From an uncultured delta proteobacterium (GTDB taxonomy: Bacteria > Desulfobacterota > Desulfomonilia > UBA1062), in assembly GCA_963798485.1 (NCBI GenBank), contig CAWCTR010000007.1:320001-384000 (forward strand): a stretch of 64,000 bases of DNA. Direction: 5' to 3'. The notes under the pieces are model-generated. The model worked only from the letters and a program-made list of their open reading frames with translations. It was not told where the DNA came from and ran no database searches. This document shows, piece by piece, positions 29,790 to 39,111 of the stretch (its first letter is position 1; every line of letters starts with the position of its first letter). Both the position numbers and the translations under genes were made by a program.

Positions 29790-30560
29790 TTACACATTGA
29801 TCTCTTTAAGGATCTTTTGCATCTTTGAGCGCAGCCTCAGGATTGCCTTAGTATGTATCTGGGAAACCCGAGACTCGGTAAATTTGAGGACATGCCCTAT
29901 CTCCTTCATGGTCAGCTCGTCGTAGTAATACAGTGAGATCACCATGCGTTCTTTTTCCGGCAGCGACTGGATGGCCTTTGCTACCATGGTGCTGACCTCG
30001 GCATAGCGGATTTTATGTGAGGGCCAGTCTTTGTCGTCCTGGATAATAAATTCAAGCAGGTTCCGCTTGGACAGGTCGGTATCGTCCTCGCCAAGGTCGT
30101 CCAGGCTGAGCAGGGATACGGATGCAGTCTCGGACAGGAGCCGGTGGAAGGTATCAATGTCGACATTCATCTCTTGAGCGACTTCGTCATCGCTGGCCGG
30201 CCTGCCAAGGTTGTATTCGAGTCTTGCATAGGCGTCTTCCACCTTGCGGGCCTTCTGCCTCACAGACCTTGGGACCCAGTCCATAGAGCGGAGCTCATCA
30301 AGGATGGCGCCCCTGATCCTGAATTCCGCATAGGTCTTGAACTTGATCTGCTTGCTGGCGTCAAATTTTTCGATGGCATCGATCAATCCTATGACACCTG
30401 CATTTATAAGATCGTTCAGGTCGATGTGGGGAGGCAACCGTATGGCAATACGGCTTGCAATGTACTTAATCAACGGGGCGAACTCGTTGATTATCTTACC
30501 CCGCACCTTCGGGTTGAGCTTCTGTTCCTCAGTAAGTTCCGTGTAGACGATATCCTGCAT
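29790..30560 (-). CDS. fliA: Flagellar sigma factor FliA (sigma28)
   Basis: FKTYAEFRIRGAILDELR.MDW, TESRVSQIH. Confidence 0.95.
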   Translation of the reverse strand: MQDIVYTELTEEQKLNPKVRGKIINEFAPLIKYIASRIAIRLPPHIDLNDLINAGVIGLIDAIEKFDASKQIKFKTYAEFRIRGAILDELRSMDWVPRSVRQKARKVEDAYARLEYNLGRPASDDEVAQEMNVDIDTFHRLLSETASVSLLSLDDLGEDDTDLSKRNLLEFIIQDDKDWPSHKIRYAEVSTMVAKAIQSLPEKERMVISLYYYDELTMKEIGHVLKFTESRVSQIHTKAILRLRSKMQKILKEINV

Positions 30561-31428
30561 GGCCTGTTCCTTTCGCTTGATTCAAGAGCATTTTTCTAAA
30601 GAAGAACTGAAGGTTTCCGCTGGTGTTTGAAAGCGTGGTCTCCTCAAGCCTGCCCGCGATTCGGGAAAGTCTCTTGGTTGCCTCGCTTTGTGGGTGGAGG
30701 CCCACAAAAGCCTTCTGCGCCTTGATGCATTCAGGAATGTTTTTGTCATGCGGGATGGAGCCTAAGATCTCCAAGGCTACATCCCCTAAGAACCTCTCAC
30801 ATACCAAAGACAATTTTTCCGACACTTGATCCCCCTCGGACTTTGAGTTCACATTGTTCACTATAAGGTCGAATCTCTTGATGCCGTATTGCCTGCGCAA
30901 TACCTTGATAAGGGCATAAGCATCCGTTATTGACGTGGGTTCCGGGGTCGCCACCACAATAATCCTCTGCGAGGCTGCGTTGAAGTACATGACGTTCTTG
31001 GATATCCCTGCCCCGGTATCTACGATCATATAGTCAAGGGCGCCTTCAAAATGGTCCAGTGAATCCATGATACTCATCTGCTGTTCGGTATTCAGCTCAG
31101 AGAGTTCCTGGATTCCCGACGATGCCGGAATGATCTTGATCCCGCCAGGGCCATCCATCACGATTTCATCAAGAGAGCACTGTCCGTCCAAGACATTCTT
31201 AATGGTGAGTTTAGGGGCAAGTCCCAGCATTACATCCACATTGGCAAGGCCCAGATCGGCATCCAGGACAAGCACCTTTTTCCCACGCGCAGCGAGCAGG
31301 ATGGCCATGTTCACCACGATGCTCGTCTTTCCGACCCCACCTTTACCCGATGTTACGGACAGGACGGTGGGGGAGATAGCTGGTGCTTCTTTGAAGATTC
31401 TCCGTAAGGTCTGGGCTTGATCCTTCAT
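30529..31428 (-). CDS. flhG: MinD-like flagellar number regulator FlhG/FleN
   Basis: DQAQTLR, SGKGGVGKT, DADLGLAN, PEPTSITDAYA. Confidence 0.93.
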   Translation of the reverse strand: MKDQAQTLRRIFKEAPAISPTVLSVTSGKGGVGKTSIVVNMAILLAARGKKVLVLDADLGLANVDVMLGLAPKLTIKNVLDGQCSLDEIVMDGPGGIKIIPASSGIQELSELNTEQQMSIMDSLDHFEGALDYMIVDTGAGISKNVMYFNAASQRIIVVATPEPTSITDAYALIKVLRRQYGIKRFDLIVNNVNSKSEGDQVSEKLSLVCERFLGDVALEILGSIPHDKNIPECIKAQKAFVGLHPQSEATKRLSRIAGRLEETTLSNTSGNLQFFFRKMLLNQAKGTGHAGYRLHGTY

Positions 31429-32492
31429 TATGCATCTCCAAGCGTGCATGCTATTATCTTGTTTGTGCTGGCCGGCTCGATGTCCTCGGGGACCCGCTGC
31501 CCGGTGGTTATATGGGAGATAGGCAAACGGTGGATCAGATTGTGTGAAAGTACGCTCCCTTTTAAGTGCGCCTCATCGAATTTAGTGAAGATCATACGGT
31601 CCACCTTCAGGGGGGAGAATGTCTTGGTGATGGTGTCCATCTCCTGGTCGCGGGTAGCTACCGGCATGAGGAGAAACCTGCAGGCCTTGATATTGTCAAA
31701 ATATCCTACTAACTGGTGTGCATACTCGTTACAAAAGGGCGAACGGCCGACGGTGTCAACGAGGATGAGGTCGGTGGAGTCAAGCTGATTCAGTGCGATC
31801 TTGAGTTCGGAAGGGGTCGTTACGGAAAAGAATGGGATATTCAAAATTTTGGCATAAATGCGGCTCTGATCTATGGCGCCTATCCTATAACTGTCCAGTG
31901 TGATGAGCGCCACCCGTTTGGCCTCGGAAAATACGGCCCTGGCGGCAATTTTGGCAATGGTCGTGGTCTTTCCCACGCCGGTGGTGCCAAGGAATATCCA
32001 GATACGATCATCCGTAGGCCTTTCTACGCGGAGAAGCTTTGAAAGGAGGTCCTTGACCGCATCTTCGGTGGTCTCAGACCCAAGCTTTGTGATGATGAGG
32101 TCTGCAAGGTTCTCGCGAACGCCCTTTTTCATGAGCTTCTCCCGCATGGGGCTCTCTGGGACTACATTGCTCTGGTTCATGAGCTGCTTGAGCATTTTTT
32201 TCAGCTCAATAATCTCGTCGCCCATATGATTCGGGGTCTGCATAATGGGTGAGGTGTGGTTAGGCGCAACAGGTTTTCCCGGGTGAGCCTTATAGGTCTG
32301 CACTTTATTAATAAGGGTGTCCCCATCATAGTCAACTGCGGCAACCACCTCGATCAATGGTTTGCTCATAAGGCCATAACCGCTCTCTTTGATCTCGCGG
32401 GTTGAGATAATGACCGCATTGGAGCCAAGTTCAGTCTTGATCTGCGAGAGCGCATCCTTCATGGAGGCTGCCATATAGGTTTTAATTTGCAT
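31428..32492 (-). CDS. flhF: SRP-type GTPase FlhF
   Basis: GVGKTTTIAKIA, DSYRIGA, DTVG, TKFDE, GQRVPED. Confidence 0.93.
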   Translation of the reverse strand: MQIKTYMAASMKDALSQIKTELGSNAVIISTREIKESGYGLMSKPLIEVVAAVDYDGDTLINKVQTYKAHPGKPVAPNHTSPIMQTPNHMGDEIIELKKMLKQLMNQSNVVPESPMREKLMKKGVRENLADLIITKLGSETTEDAVKDLLSKLLRVERPTDDRIWIFLGTTGVGKTTTIAKIAARAVFSEAKRVALITLDSYRIGAIDQSRIYAKILNIPFFSVTTPSELKIALNQLDSTDLILVDTVGRSPFCNEYAHQLVGYFDNIKACRFLLMPVATRDQEMDTITKTFSPLKVDRMIFTKFDEAHLKGSVLSHNLIHRLPISHITTGQRVPEDIEPASTNKIIACTLGDA

Positions 32493-34554
32493 CGATCCTC
32501 ACCAATCCGAGATTCTTAATGGTCACATCGGGAGGTATCTCATTGTGGGAGAGCACAACCAGGTCAGGCATGTACCGTTCTGAAAGCCGCTTCACATACG
32601 CCCTGCTGATGGGAGATGTAAGCAGGATCGGTACGAGCCCCTGTTTACCCACATTGTTTACCTCCTTGTTCAACGTCATCAGTATCTTCTGCGATTTCTC
32701 CGGATCTAATGCAAGATACGAACCATGTTCCGTGTGCTGGATGGAGCTTGAGATCATCCCGTCTATATTGGGGTCCAGAGCCAGTACGCTGATGGTATTG
32801 CCCAGGATGTAGGGAACGCTGATAGTCCGCATGAGGGCTTGTCTGACATACTCTGTCAAAATATCGGGGTCCTTGGATATATGTCCAAAGTCTGCCAATG
32901 TCTCCAGGATAGTCAGGATATTCTTTACAGAGACCTTCTCTTTGAGGAGGTTACGAAGCACCCTAAGAACGATTCCGGCGGGCATCGTGCCTGGGATGAG
33001 GTCCTCGATCACCTTGGGGTGGGTCCTCGATATCGAATCCAGGATAGACTGCAACTCCTGCCTTCCTAATAGGTCATGGGCATTGCCCTTGATGGCCTCG
33101 GTCAGATGGGTGGCCACAACCGTGGCTGCATCGACTACCGTGAGCCCGGCCACCTGGGCGCGTTCACTGTCGGCCTTTTTAATCCAGAGGCCGGGCAGCC
33201 CGAAGGCAGGTTCTTTGACGGGGATGCCTGGGATGTCGATATCCACTTTTTCGGGATTCAGGACCATAAGCCTGTCGGAAATGGCCTCAGCCCGGGCGAT
33301 CTCAATGCCCTTGAGCAGCAGCCTGTATTCGTTGGGTTTGAGCTCGAGATTGTCCCGCACATGGATGGGGGGGACCACGACACCAAGCTCGCCTGCAACG
33401 GTCTTGCGCATGGCCTTAATACGCGCAAGCAGCTCCCCGCCCTGGGAGGTATCCACCAGGGGTACAAGGCCATATCCCACCTCGAACTCGATGAGGTCCA
33501 AGGGAAGCAGAGCCTCGGCCGAGGCCTCTTCGCCTTGAGGCGGGGGAAGTTCTCCTTTTTCCTTTTCTTCAGTCTTAAACCTAAGGCTTACCCATCCGAT
33601 CCCGCCCATAACCGAGGCCATGGTAAGGAAGGCCAAGTGGGGCATGCCCGGGACCAGCCCGAAGATGAAGATGATTCCTGCAGAAGTAAGGAGTGCCATT
33701 GGCTGGAAGGCTAGCTGCTCGGAGAGCTGTTTGCCGACCGATTTGTCTGCTCCGGATTGTGTTACCACGATACCGGCGGCCGATGAGATGATGAGCGCCG
33801 GGATCTGGGCAACCAGTCCGTCGCCGATCGTAAGAAGAGTATAGGTCTTGAGAGCATCCTGGAATGGCATGCCGTTTTGCAGCATTCCTATGATAATGCC
33901 GCCTAAAATATTGATGAATGTAATGACAATGCCTGCAATAGCGTCGCCGCGGACAAACTTGGTGGCACCGTCCATGGCCCCGTAAAATTCGGCTTCCCTG
34001 GCAATGCGTTCCCTCCGGCGCCGGGCCTCGTTCTCGGTGATCATCCCTGCATTCAGGTCAGCGTCAATGGCCATCTGCTTGCCGGGCATGGCATCCAAGG
34101 TGAACCGTGCCGTGACTTCGCCGATGCGGGTTGCGCCCTTGGTGATGACCACGAAATTTATAAGGACGAAGATAGAAAAGACTACGATTCCCACAACGTA
34201 GCTGCCACCCACCACGAACTGGCCGAAGGTATGGATAACGCGGCCTGCGGCCAGGTCACCCTCAGAGCCATGCAGGAGGATGATTCGGGTGGATGCGATG
34301 TTCAGCGCCAGCCTGTAGAGTGTCACGATAAGCAACATTGAGGGGAACACGGAAAAATTCAGCGGGCTTGTGGTGTACATGCTCACCATGAGAATGATGA
34401 TGCCCAGCGTTATGCTGAAGGTGAGCAGGATATCCAGTATGAAGGTAGGCAATGGCATCAAGACGATTGCGAGAATGATAAGGACACCGACTGCCATGAA
34501 AATGTCGCTGGTAATCTTTTCCGGGAACTTGATGGGAAGACTCTCTGCTGCCAT
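32482..34554 (-). CDS. flhA: Flagellar export protein FlhA
   Basis: ARFTLDAMPGKQMAIDADLNAG, FYGAMDGA.KFVRGDA. Confidence 0.97.
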   Translation of the reverse strand: MAAESLPIKFPEKITSDIFMAVGVLIILAIVLMPLPTFILDILLTFSITLGIIILMVSMYTTSPLNFSVFPSMLLIVTLYRLALNIASTRIILLHGSEGDLAAGRVIHTFGQFVVGGSYVVGIVVFSIFVLINFVVITKGATRIGEVTARFTLDAMPGKQMAIDADLNAGMITENEARRRRERIAREAEFYGAMDGATKFVRGDAIAGIVITFINILGGIIIGMLQNGMPFQDALKTYTLLTIGDGLVAQIPALIISSAAGIVVTQSGADKSVGKQLSEQLAFQPMALLTSAGIIFIFGLVPGMPHLAFLTMASVMGGIGWVSLRFKTEEKEKGELPPPQGEEASAEALLPLDLIEFEVGYGLVPLVDTSQGGELLARIKAMRKTVAGELGVVVPPIHVRDNLELKPNEYRLLLKGIEIARAEAISDRLMVLNPEKVDIDIPGIPVKEPAFGLPGLWIKKADSERAQVAGLTVVDAATVVATHLTEAIKGNAHDLLGRQELQSILDSISRTHPKVIEDLIPGTMPAGIVLRVLRNLLKEKVSVKNILTILETLADFGHISKDPDILTEYVRQALMRTISVPYILGNTISVLALDPNIDGMISSSIQHTEHGSYLALDPEKSQKILMTLNKEVNNVGKQGLVPILLTSPISRAYVKRLSERYMPDLVVLSHNEIPPDVTIKNLGLVRIDAN

Positions 34555-35631
34555 TTATCTAACCCCTGCCTTCAGGCGGTAAACATATGCCAGGATCTCG
34601 GCCACCGCCTTGTAGAGTGTTTCCGGGATGGTTTCCCCGATATCCACTGACTTATTGAGCGCCTGGGCCAGCGGCTTGTTTTCAATAATGGGAACCGATG
34701 CCTTTCTCGCCACTTCCCTGATCTTTTCCGCCACGATTCCTGCCCCTTTGGCAATCACCGTGGGTGCTATCATCTTACCGCGATCATATTGCAAGGCTAT
34801 TGCCAAGTGCGTGGGGTTGGTAATGACCACATCCGCCTTGGGCACGTCCCGCATCATCCGTCTCCTGGCCATATGGATCTGTATGGAGCGTATCCTGCTC
34901 TTGATGATTGGATTTCCATCCGACTGCTTGAATTCATCCTTGACCTCCTGCTTGGTCATCATAAGATCCTGGGTGTGCTGCCATTTCTGGAATCCGTAAT
35001 CAAAAGCCGCGATAATAATGAAGATCCACAGGACATCCCACAGGAGGCGTATTGATGAGTGGTAAAACGTCAATACAATGACACTTACATCGGCCTCAAT
35101 AAGAGGCGGGTAGACCGGGAGTTCACGCATGATGGACCGATATGAAACCCAGATGATGATTCCCATGATTGCCAGTGTCTTGACAAGCAGCTCGAGGCTC
35201 CTCATGGACATGAATTTGTTCTTGAATCCGGTTATAGGATTGATCTTGGAGAGCTTTGGGGTGATGGTCTCGGAGCTGAAGAGGAAGCCGACCTGCATGA
35301 TATTTGACGCTAATCCGATAGCGAGGAAGAGCAAAAGCAGGGGCATTACTACCATAGCGAGTTCAAAGACGCCGTGTCTTACGATGGCAATAATGCTTAT
35401 GTTTGATCCATCCCACATGGAAAGGTCAGAGATGTATGCTCTGACGATTGTCATGAGCTTAGATGCAATAGTCGGAATATAAAAATAAAATGCTAATATT
35501 GTTGCAAGAAAGAGCATTGATGTGGATACCTCAACGCTCTTGCATACCTGTCCCTTCTCGCGGGACTCATCTATACGCTTACTGGAAGGTTGCTCGGTTC
35601 GCTCTTGACCGTTATCGTTTTCTTTGGCCAT
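34555..35631 (-). CDS. flhB: Flagellar export switch protein FlhB
   Basis: ERTEQPS, MTKQEVKDE, TNPTH autocleavage site. Confidence 0.96.
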   Translation of the reverse strand: MAKENDNGQERTEQPSSKRIDESREKGQVCKSVEVSTSMLFLATILAFYFYIPTIASKLMTIVRAYISDLSMWDGSNISIIAIVRHGVFELAMVVMPLLLLFLAIGLASNIMQVGFLFSSETITPKLSKINPITGFKNKFMSMRSLELLVKTLAIMGIIIWVSYRSIMRELPVYPPLIEADVSVIVLTFYHSSIRLLWDVLWIFIIIAAFDYGFQKWQHTQDLMMTKQEVKDEFKQSDGNPIIKSRIRSIQIHMARRRMMRDVPKADVVITNPTHLAIALQYDRGKMIAPTVIAKGAGIVAEKIREVARKASVPIIENKPLAQALNKSVDIGETIPETLYKAVAEILAYVYRLKAGVR

Positions 35632-35755
35632 ACGATGGTGGAATGCGAAAAACATACCAGGTTAGGAATTCTGTCGGATATTGGTTTTGAGTGTTCCCCT
35701 AATTCTATGGTATTCTTGATTTGTGTAGTGCTATGCGATAGTGTGGTATAGAGCA

Positions 35756-35770
35756 GCAATGCGGCGCCCA
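35756..35770 (-). promoter_or_regulatory. Possible sigma54 promoter of the flhB operon
   Basis: Minus strand TGGGCGCCGCATTGC = GG-N10-GC with TTGC; -24 box is imperfect. Confidence 0.35.
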
Positions 35771-35846
35771 TTCTTTTGTGCTTTTAAAACAGGCTATTCA
35801 CCCCGAAAAGCGGAGCATTGTTTAATTTGCAGGAGATTATTTATAT

Positions 35847-37004
35847 ATGCAATTCATTGACCTGAATTACCAGCAGAAGTTGATCCATGGGAAGATCATG
35901 GAGAACATCACGACTGTTCTCACACATGGACAGTACATCATGGGACCGGAGATCAGAGCGCTTGAAAAAAAACTCAGCGAATTTGTGGGGACAAAGCATG
36001 CCGTTGCATGTGCTTCGGGTACGGATGCCCTTCTGATGGCCCTTATGGCGTATGGTGTCGGGCCCGGTGATGCCGTTTTCACAACGCCGTTCACCTTTGT
36101 TGCAACGGCAGAGGTCATTTCTCTGCTGGGGGCAACACCCGTATTCGTGGATATCCAGCCGGATACCTTCAATATCGATCCTGAAAGGCTTGAAGAAGCA
36201 ATATCAGCCCTTGAGGGGCGCAACCCCAAGAGACATCCATTGCCTAATGGGTATGAAAAGCTTGATCCAAAAGGGATCATTGCAGTGGACCTTTTTGGTC
36301 AGAGCGCAGACTACAAACGCATCAATGGCATAGCCAAAAACAAAGGCATGTTTGTCATTGAGGATGCGGCGCAGTCTTTTGGAGCTGAATATAATGGCGC
36401 CAAGGCATGCTCCTTGGCTGATATTGCCGCCACTTCATTTTTTCCGGCAAAACCCCTGGGATGCTATGGAGACGGTGGAATGGTCTTCACCGGTAATGAC
36501 GAACTCGCATCAAAGCTTGATTCCATTCGAGTTCATGGCAAGGGATCTGACAAGTATGATAACATCCGTATAGGGATCAATGGCAGGTGTGACACCCTAC
36601 AGGCAGCTATCCTGCTGGCGAAGTTCGAGATCTTCGAGGAGGAGATCGAACTCAGACAGAAGGTGGCGTGGCAGTATAACCTGTTGCTCGGCGTTTCTGA
36701 TAAGCTCACGTGCCCAACTGTCAAACCGGGTCATAAGAGCGTATGGGCACAGTATTCCGTGCTCTGTAACAACAGGGAGGTCATCCTGGATGAACTCAGG
36801 GACGCTAAGATCCCGAGCGCCATCTACTACCCGAAACCTCTCCATGTACAGACCGCCTATGCCTACCTCGGGTACGAACCCGGCGCCTTTCCTGTCTCGG
36901 AAAAGGCTGCTGAAACGATCTTCTCCCTGCCCATGCACCCTTATCTTACAGCGCAGGACCAGGAACAGATCTCGCAGGTGATAATCAAGACGTTAGAAAT
37001 TTAG
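35847..37004 (+). CDS. DegT/DnrJ/EryC1/StrS aminotransferase, WbpE/WlbC-type
   Basis: SGTDAL, EDAAQSFGA, SFFPAKPLGCYGDGG; next to WbpB/WbpD-like fusion. Confidence 0.9.
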   Translation: MQFIDLNYQQKLIHGKIMENITTVLTHGQYIMGPEIRALEKKLSEFVGTKHAVACASGTDALLMALMAYGVGPGDAVFTTPFTFVATAEVISLLGATPVFVDIQPDTFNIDPERLEEAISALEGRNPKRHPLPNGYEKLDPKGIIAVDLFGQSADYKRINGIAKNKGMFVIEDAAQSFGAEYNGAKACSLADIAATSFFPAKPLGCYGDGGMVFTGNDELASKLDSIRVHGKGSDKYDNIRIGINGRCDTLQAAILLAKFEIFEEEIELRQKVAWQYNLLLGVSDKLTCPTVKPGHKSVWAQYSVLCNNREVILDELRDAKIPSAIYYPKPLHVQTAYAYLGYEPGAFPVSEKAAETIFSLPMHPYLTAQDQEQISQVIIKTLEI

Positions 37005-37010
37005 TTTAAT

Positions 37011-37033
37011 AGTTTAAAGTGTTAAGTTTTAAG
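37011..37033 (+). repeat. Left heptamer array (GTTTAAA-GTGTTAA-GTTTTAA), inverted partner of 37422-37444
   Basis: AGTTTAAAGTGTTAAGTTTTAAG matches the reverse complement of 37422-37444 at 20/23 positions. Confidence 0.75.
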
Positions 37034-37044
37034 AAAACTTAATA

Positions 37045-37440
37045 ATGGCATACCATTCTTTTGAAGATTTGGAGGTATGGAAAAGAAGTTGCAGGCTGAC
37101 TGTGAAAGTATATGAGTTGTTCAAGAACTCAAAAGAATATGTACTACGGGATCAGATGACCCGCTCTGCCCTCTCGATTCCTAGCAATATTGCAGAGGGT
37201 GCTGAGAGGAGCTCATCTCTGGAGTTTATTCGTTTTCTAAACATTGCAAAAGGTTCTGCCGCTGAATTGAGAACACAATTGTATATAGCATCAGAAGTTG
37301 GAGCTATTCCTGGTTCTAAGAGAGATGAACTGAAAAAAGAGCTCATTGAGATCTCTTCCATGTTGCAATCACTCATAAGATCCTTAAAGAGCAGCACCAG
37401 CGGGAGACCAAAGACTTCAAACTTAAAACCTAAAACTTAA
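37045..37440 (+). CDS. Four-helix-bundle protein (23S rRNA IVS-encoded/TIGR02436, Avd-related family)
   Basis: SFEDLEVWK, LRDQM.RSALSIPSNIAEG.ER, FL.IAKGSAAELRTQL. Confidence 0.93.
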   Translation: MAYHSFEDLEVWKRSCRLTVKVYELFKNSKEYVLRDQMTRSALSIPSNIAEGAERSSSLEFIRFLNIAKGSAAELRTQLYIASEVGAIPGSKRDELKKELIEISSMLQSLIRSLKSSTSGRPKTSNLKPKT

Positions 37441-37444
37441 AACT
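37409..37444 (+). repeat. Right heptamer array (CAAAGAC-TTCAAAC-TTAAAAC-CTAAAAC-TTAAAAC) spanning the stop codon
   Basis: Five consecutive 7-mers read directly; encode the tail KTSNLKPKT-stop. Confidence 0.8.
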
Positions 37445-37449
37445 GTATA

Positions 37450-39042
37450 ATGAACAAGGAGATTCAATTGAAGAGCACAGATGTAAAAGTTGCAGTCATC
37501 GGTTCAGGATACTGGGGTAAGAATCTGGTGAGAAACTATGCCGAGCTTGGAGCTCTCTATGGTGTCTGTGACAGCAGCGATTCTGCCCTCGATTCATTCA
37601 GACAGAAGTATCCAATGATGAAATTCACCACAAATTACTTAGATCTTCTCAATGATGATGCCTTGAAGGGCATCGTTATTGCCACACCGGCAGAAACACA
37701 CTTTACCCTTGCGCGGGAAGCGCTTCTATCAGGCAAGGATGTCTTTGTGGAGAAGCCCTTATCGCTCAATGTAGATGAGGCGGGGGAGCTTAAAGAGATC
37801 GCTGAGAAGAATTCACTGATCCTTATGGTTGGCCATCTGCTTCAGTATCACAGCGCCTTCATCAAGTTGAAGGAACTTACAAGGGATGGCCAGCTTGGAA
37901 GGATTCATTACATCTATTCCAACCGACTCAGCTTCGGCAAGATCCGCAGGGAAGAGGATATTCTGTGGAGCTTTGCACCGCACGATATCTCCATGATACT
38001 CACCTTAGCCCAGGAAGAGCCGGAATATGTAATGGCAACCGGCGGCAATTACCTTCACAAGAAGATTGCCGATGTTACCACCACCCATCTAGAATTCGCC
38101 AGCGGGCTCAAGGCACATGTATTCGTATCATGGCTCCATCCCTTCAAGGAACAGATGCTCGTTGTTGTTGGAGAGAAGAACATGGCAGTATTCAGGGACA
38201 CTGTCCCATGGGGTGATAAGCTGCTCCTGTACCCGCATAATATCCAATGGCACGACGGCATCCCCATCCCTGACAAGAAAGACGAGATAAAGATACCCGT
38301 TGAACAGAGCGAGCCGCTGAAGGCAGAGTGCCTCCACTTCATTGAATGTATCAGTCAAAGGAAGGCCCCGGTAACCGATGCCCGGGAAGGTATCAAGGTA
38401 CTTAAAATCCTCAAGGCAAGCCAGGATTCGTTAAACAACAATGGCAGGAAGATCATGCTGAAGGAAGACCTCAAGAAGCCGCATGAGTATTCCGTGCATG
38501 AATCAAGCTATGTAGATGATGGTGTTGTTATTGGGGCAGGGACTAAGATCTGGCATTTCAGCCATATCCTGAAAGGGTCACGCATCGGCAACGGGTGCAG
38601 TATCGGCCAGAATGTGGTCATCGGGCCTGATGTGAATATCGGGAACGGTTGCAAGATTCAGAACAACGTCTCTATCTACAAGGGCGTCAACCTTGAAGAC
38701 AATGTCTTCTGTGGGCCATCCATGGTCTTCACCAATGTCTTCAACCCCAGGGCCCATATCCCCAGGATGGACGAGCTGAGGCCCACCCTGGTGAAGAAGG
38801 GTGCCACCATCGGCGCGAATGCCACCATTGTGTGCGGTTATACCATCGGTGAGTATGCATTCATCGGCGCAGGTGCTACGGTAGCCCGCGGTGCCCCTGA
38901 CCATGCCCTCATGGTGGGCAACCCTGCCAAACAAATAGGGTGGATGTGCGAGTGCGGTAATAGGCTTGATGATAATTTAGAATGTTCCCACTGCGCAAAG
39001 GCATATCAGCGAAGGGAAAAGGGATTGACATTGAGGGGGTAG
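37450..39042 (+). CDS. Gfo/Idh/MocA oxidoreductase fused to hexapeptide N-acetyltransferase (WbpB-WbpD/WlbA-WlbB-like)
   Basis: [17 protein letters not shown]; then [37 protein letters not shown]. Confidence 0.9.
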   Translation: MNKEIQLKSTDVKVAVIGSGYWGKNLVRNYAELGALYGVCDSSDSALDSFRQKYPMMKFTTNYLDLLNDDALKGIVIATPAETHFTLAREALLSGKDVFVEKPLSLNVDEAGELKEIAEKNSLILMVGHLLQYHSAFIKLKELTRDGQLGRIHYIYSNRLSFGKIRREEDILWSFAPHDISMILTLAQEEPEYVMATGGNYLHKKIADVTTTHLEFASGLKAHVFVSWLHPFKEQMLVVVGEKNMAVFRDTVPWGDKLLLYPHNIQWHDGIPIPDKKDEIKIPVEQSEPLKAECLHFIECISQRKAPVTDAREGIKVLKILKASQDSLNNNGRKIMLKEDLKKPHEYSVHESSYVDDGVVIGAGTKIWHFSHILKGSRIGNGCSIGQNVVIGPDVNIGNGCKIQNNVSIYKGVNLEDNVFCGPSMVFTNVFNPRAHIPRMDELRPTLVKKGATIGANATIVCGYTIGEYAFIGAGATVARGAPDHALMVGNPAKQIGWMCECGNRLDDNLECSHCAKAYQRREKGLTLRG

Positions 39043-39111
39043 ATGTTTTTTAAGTTATCTTACTATTATTCCCGTAGTATAATCATTTGAATATAAGTTA
39101 AGGAAAATATA

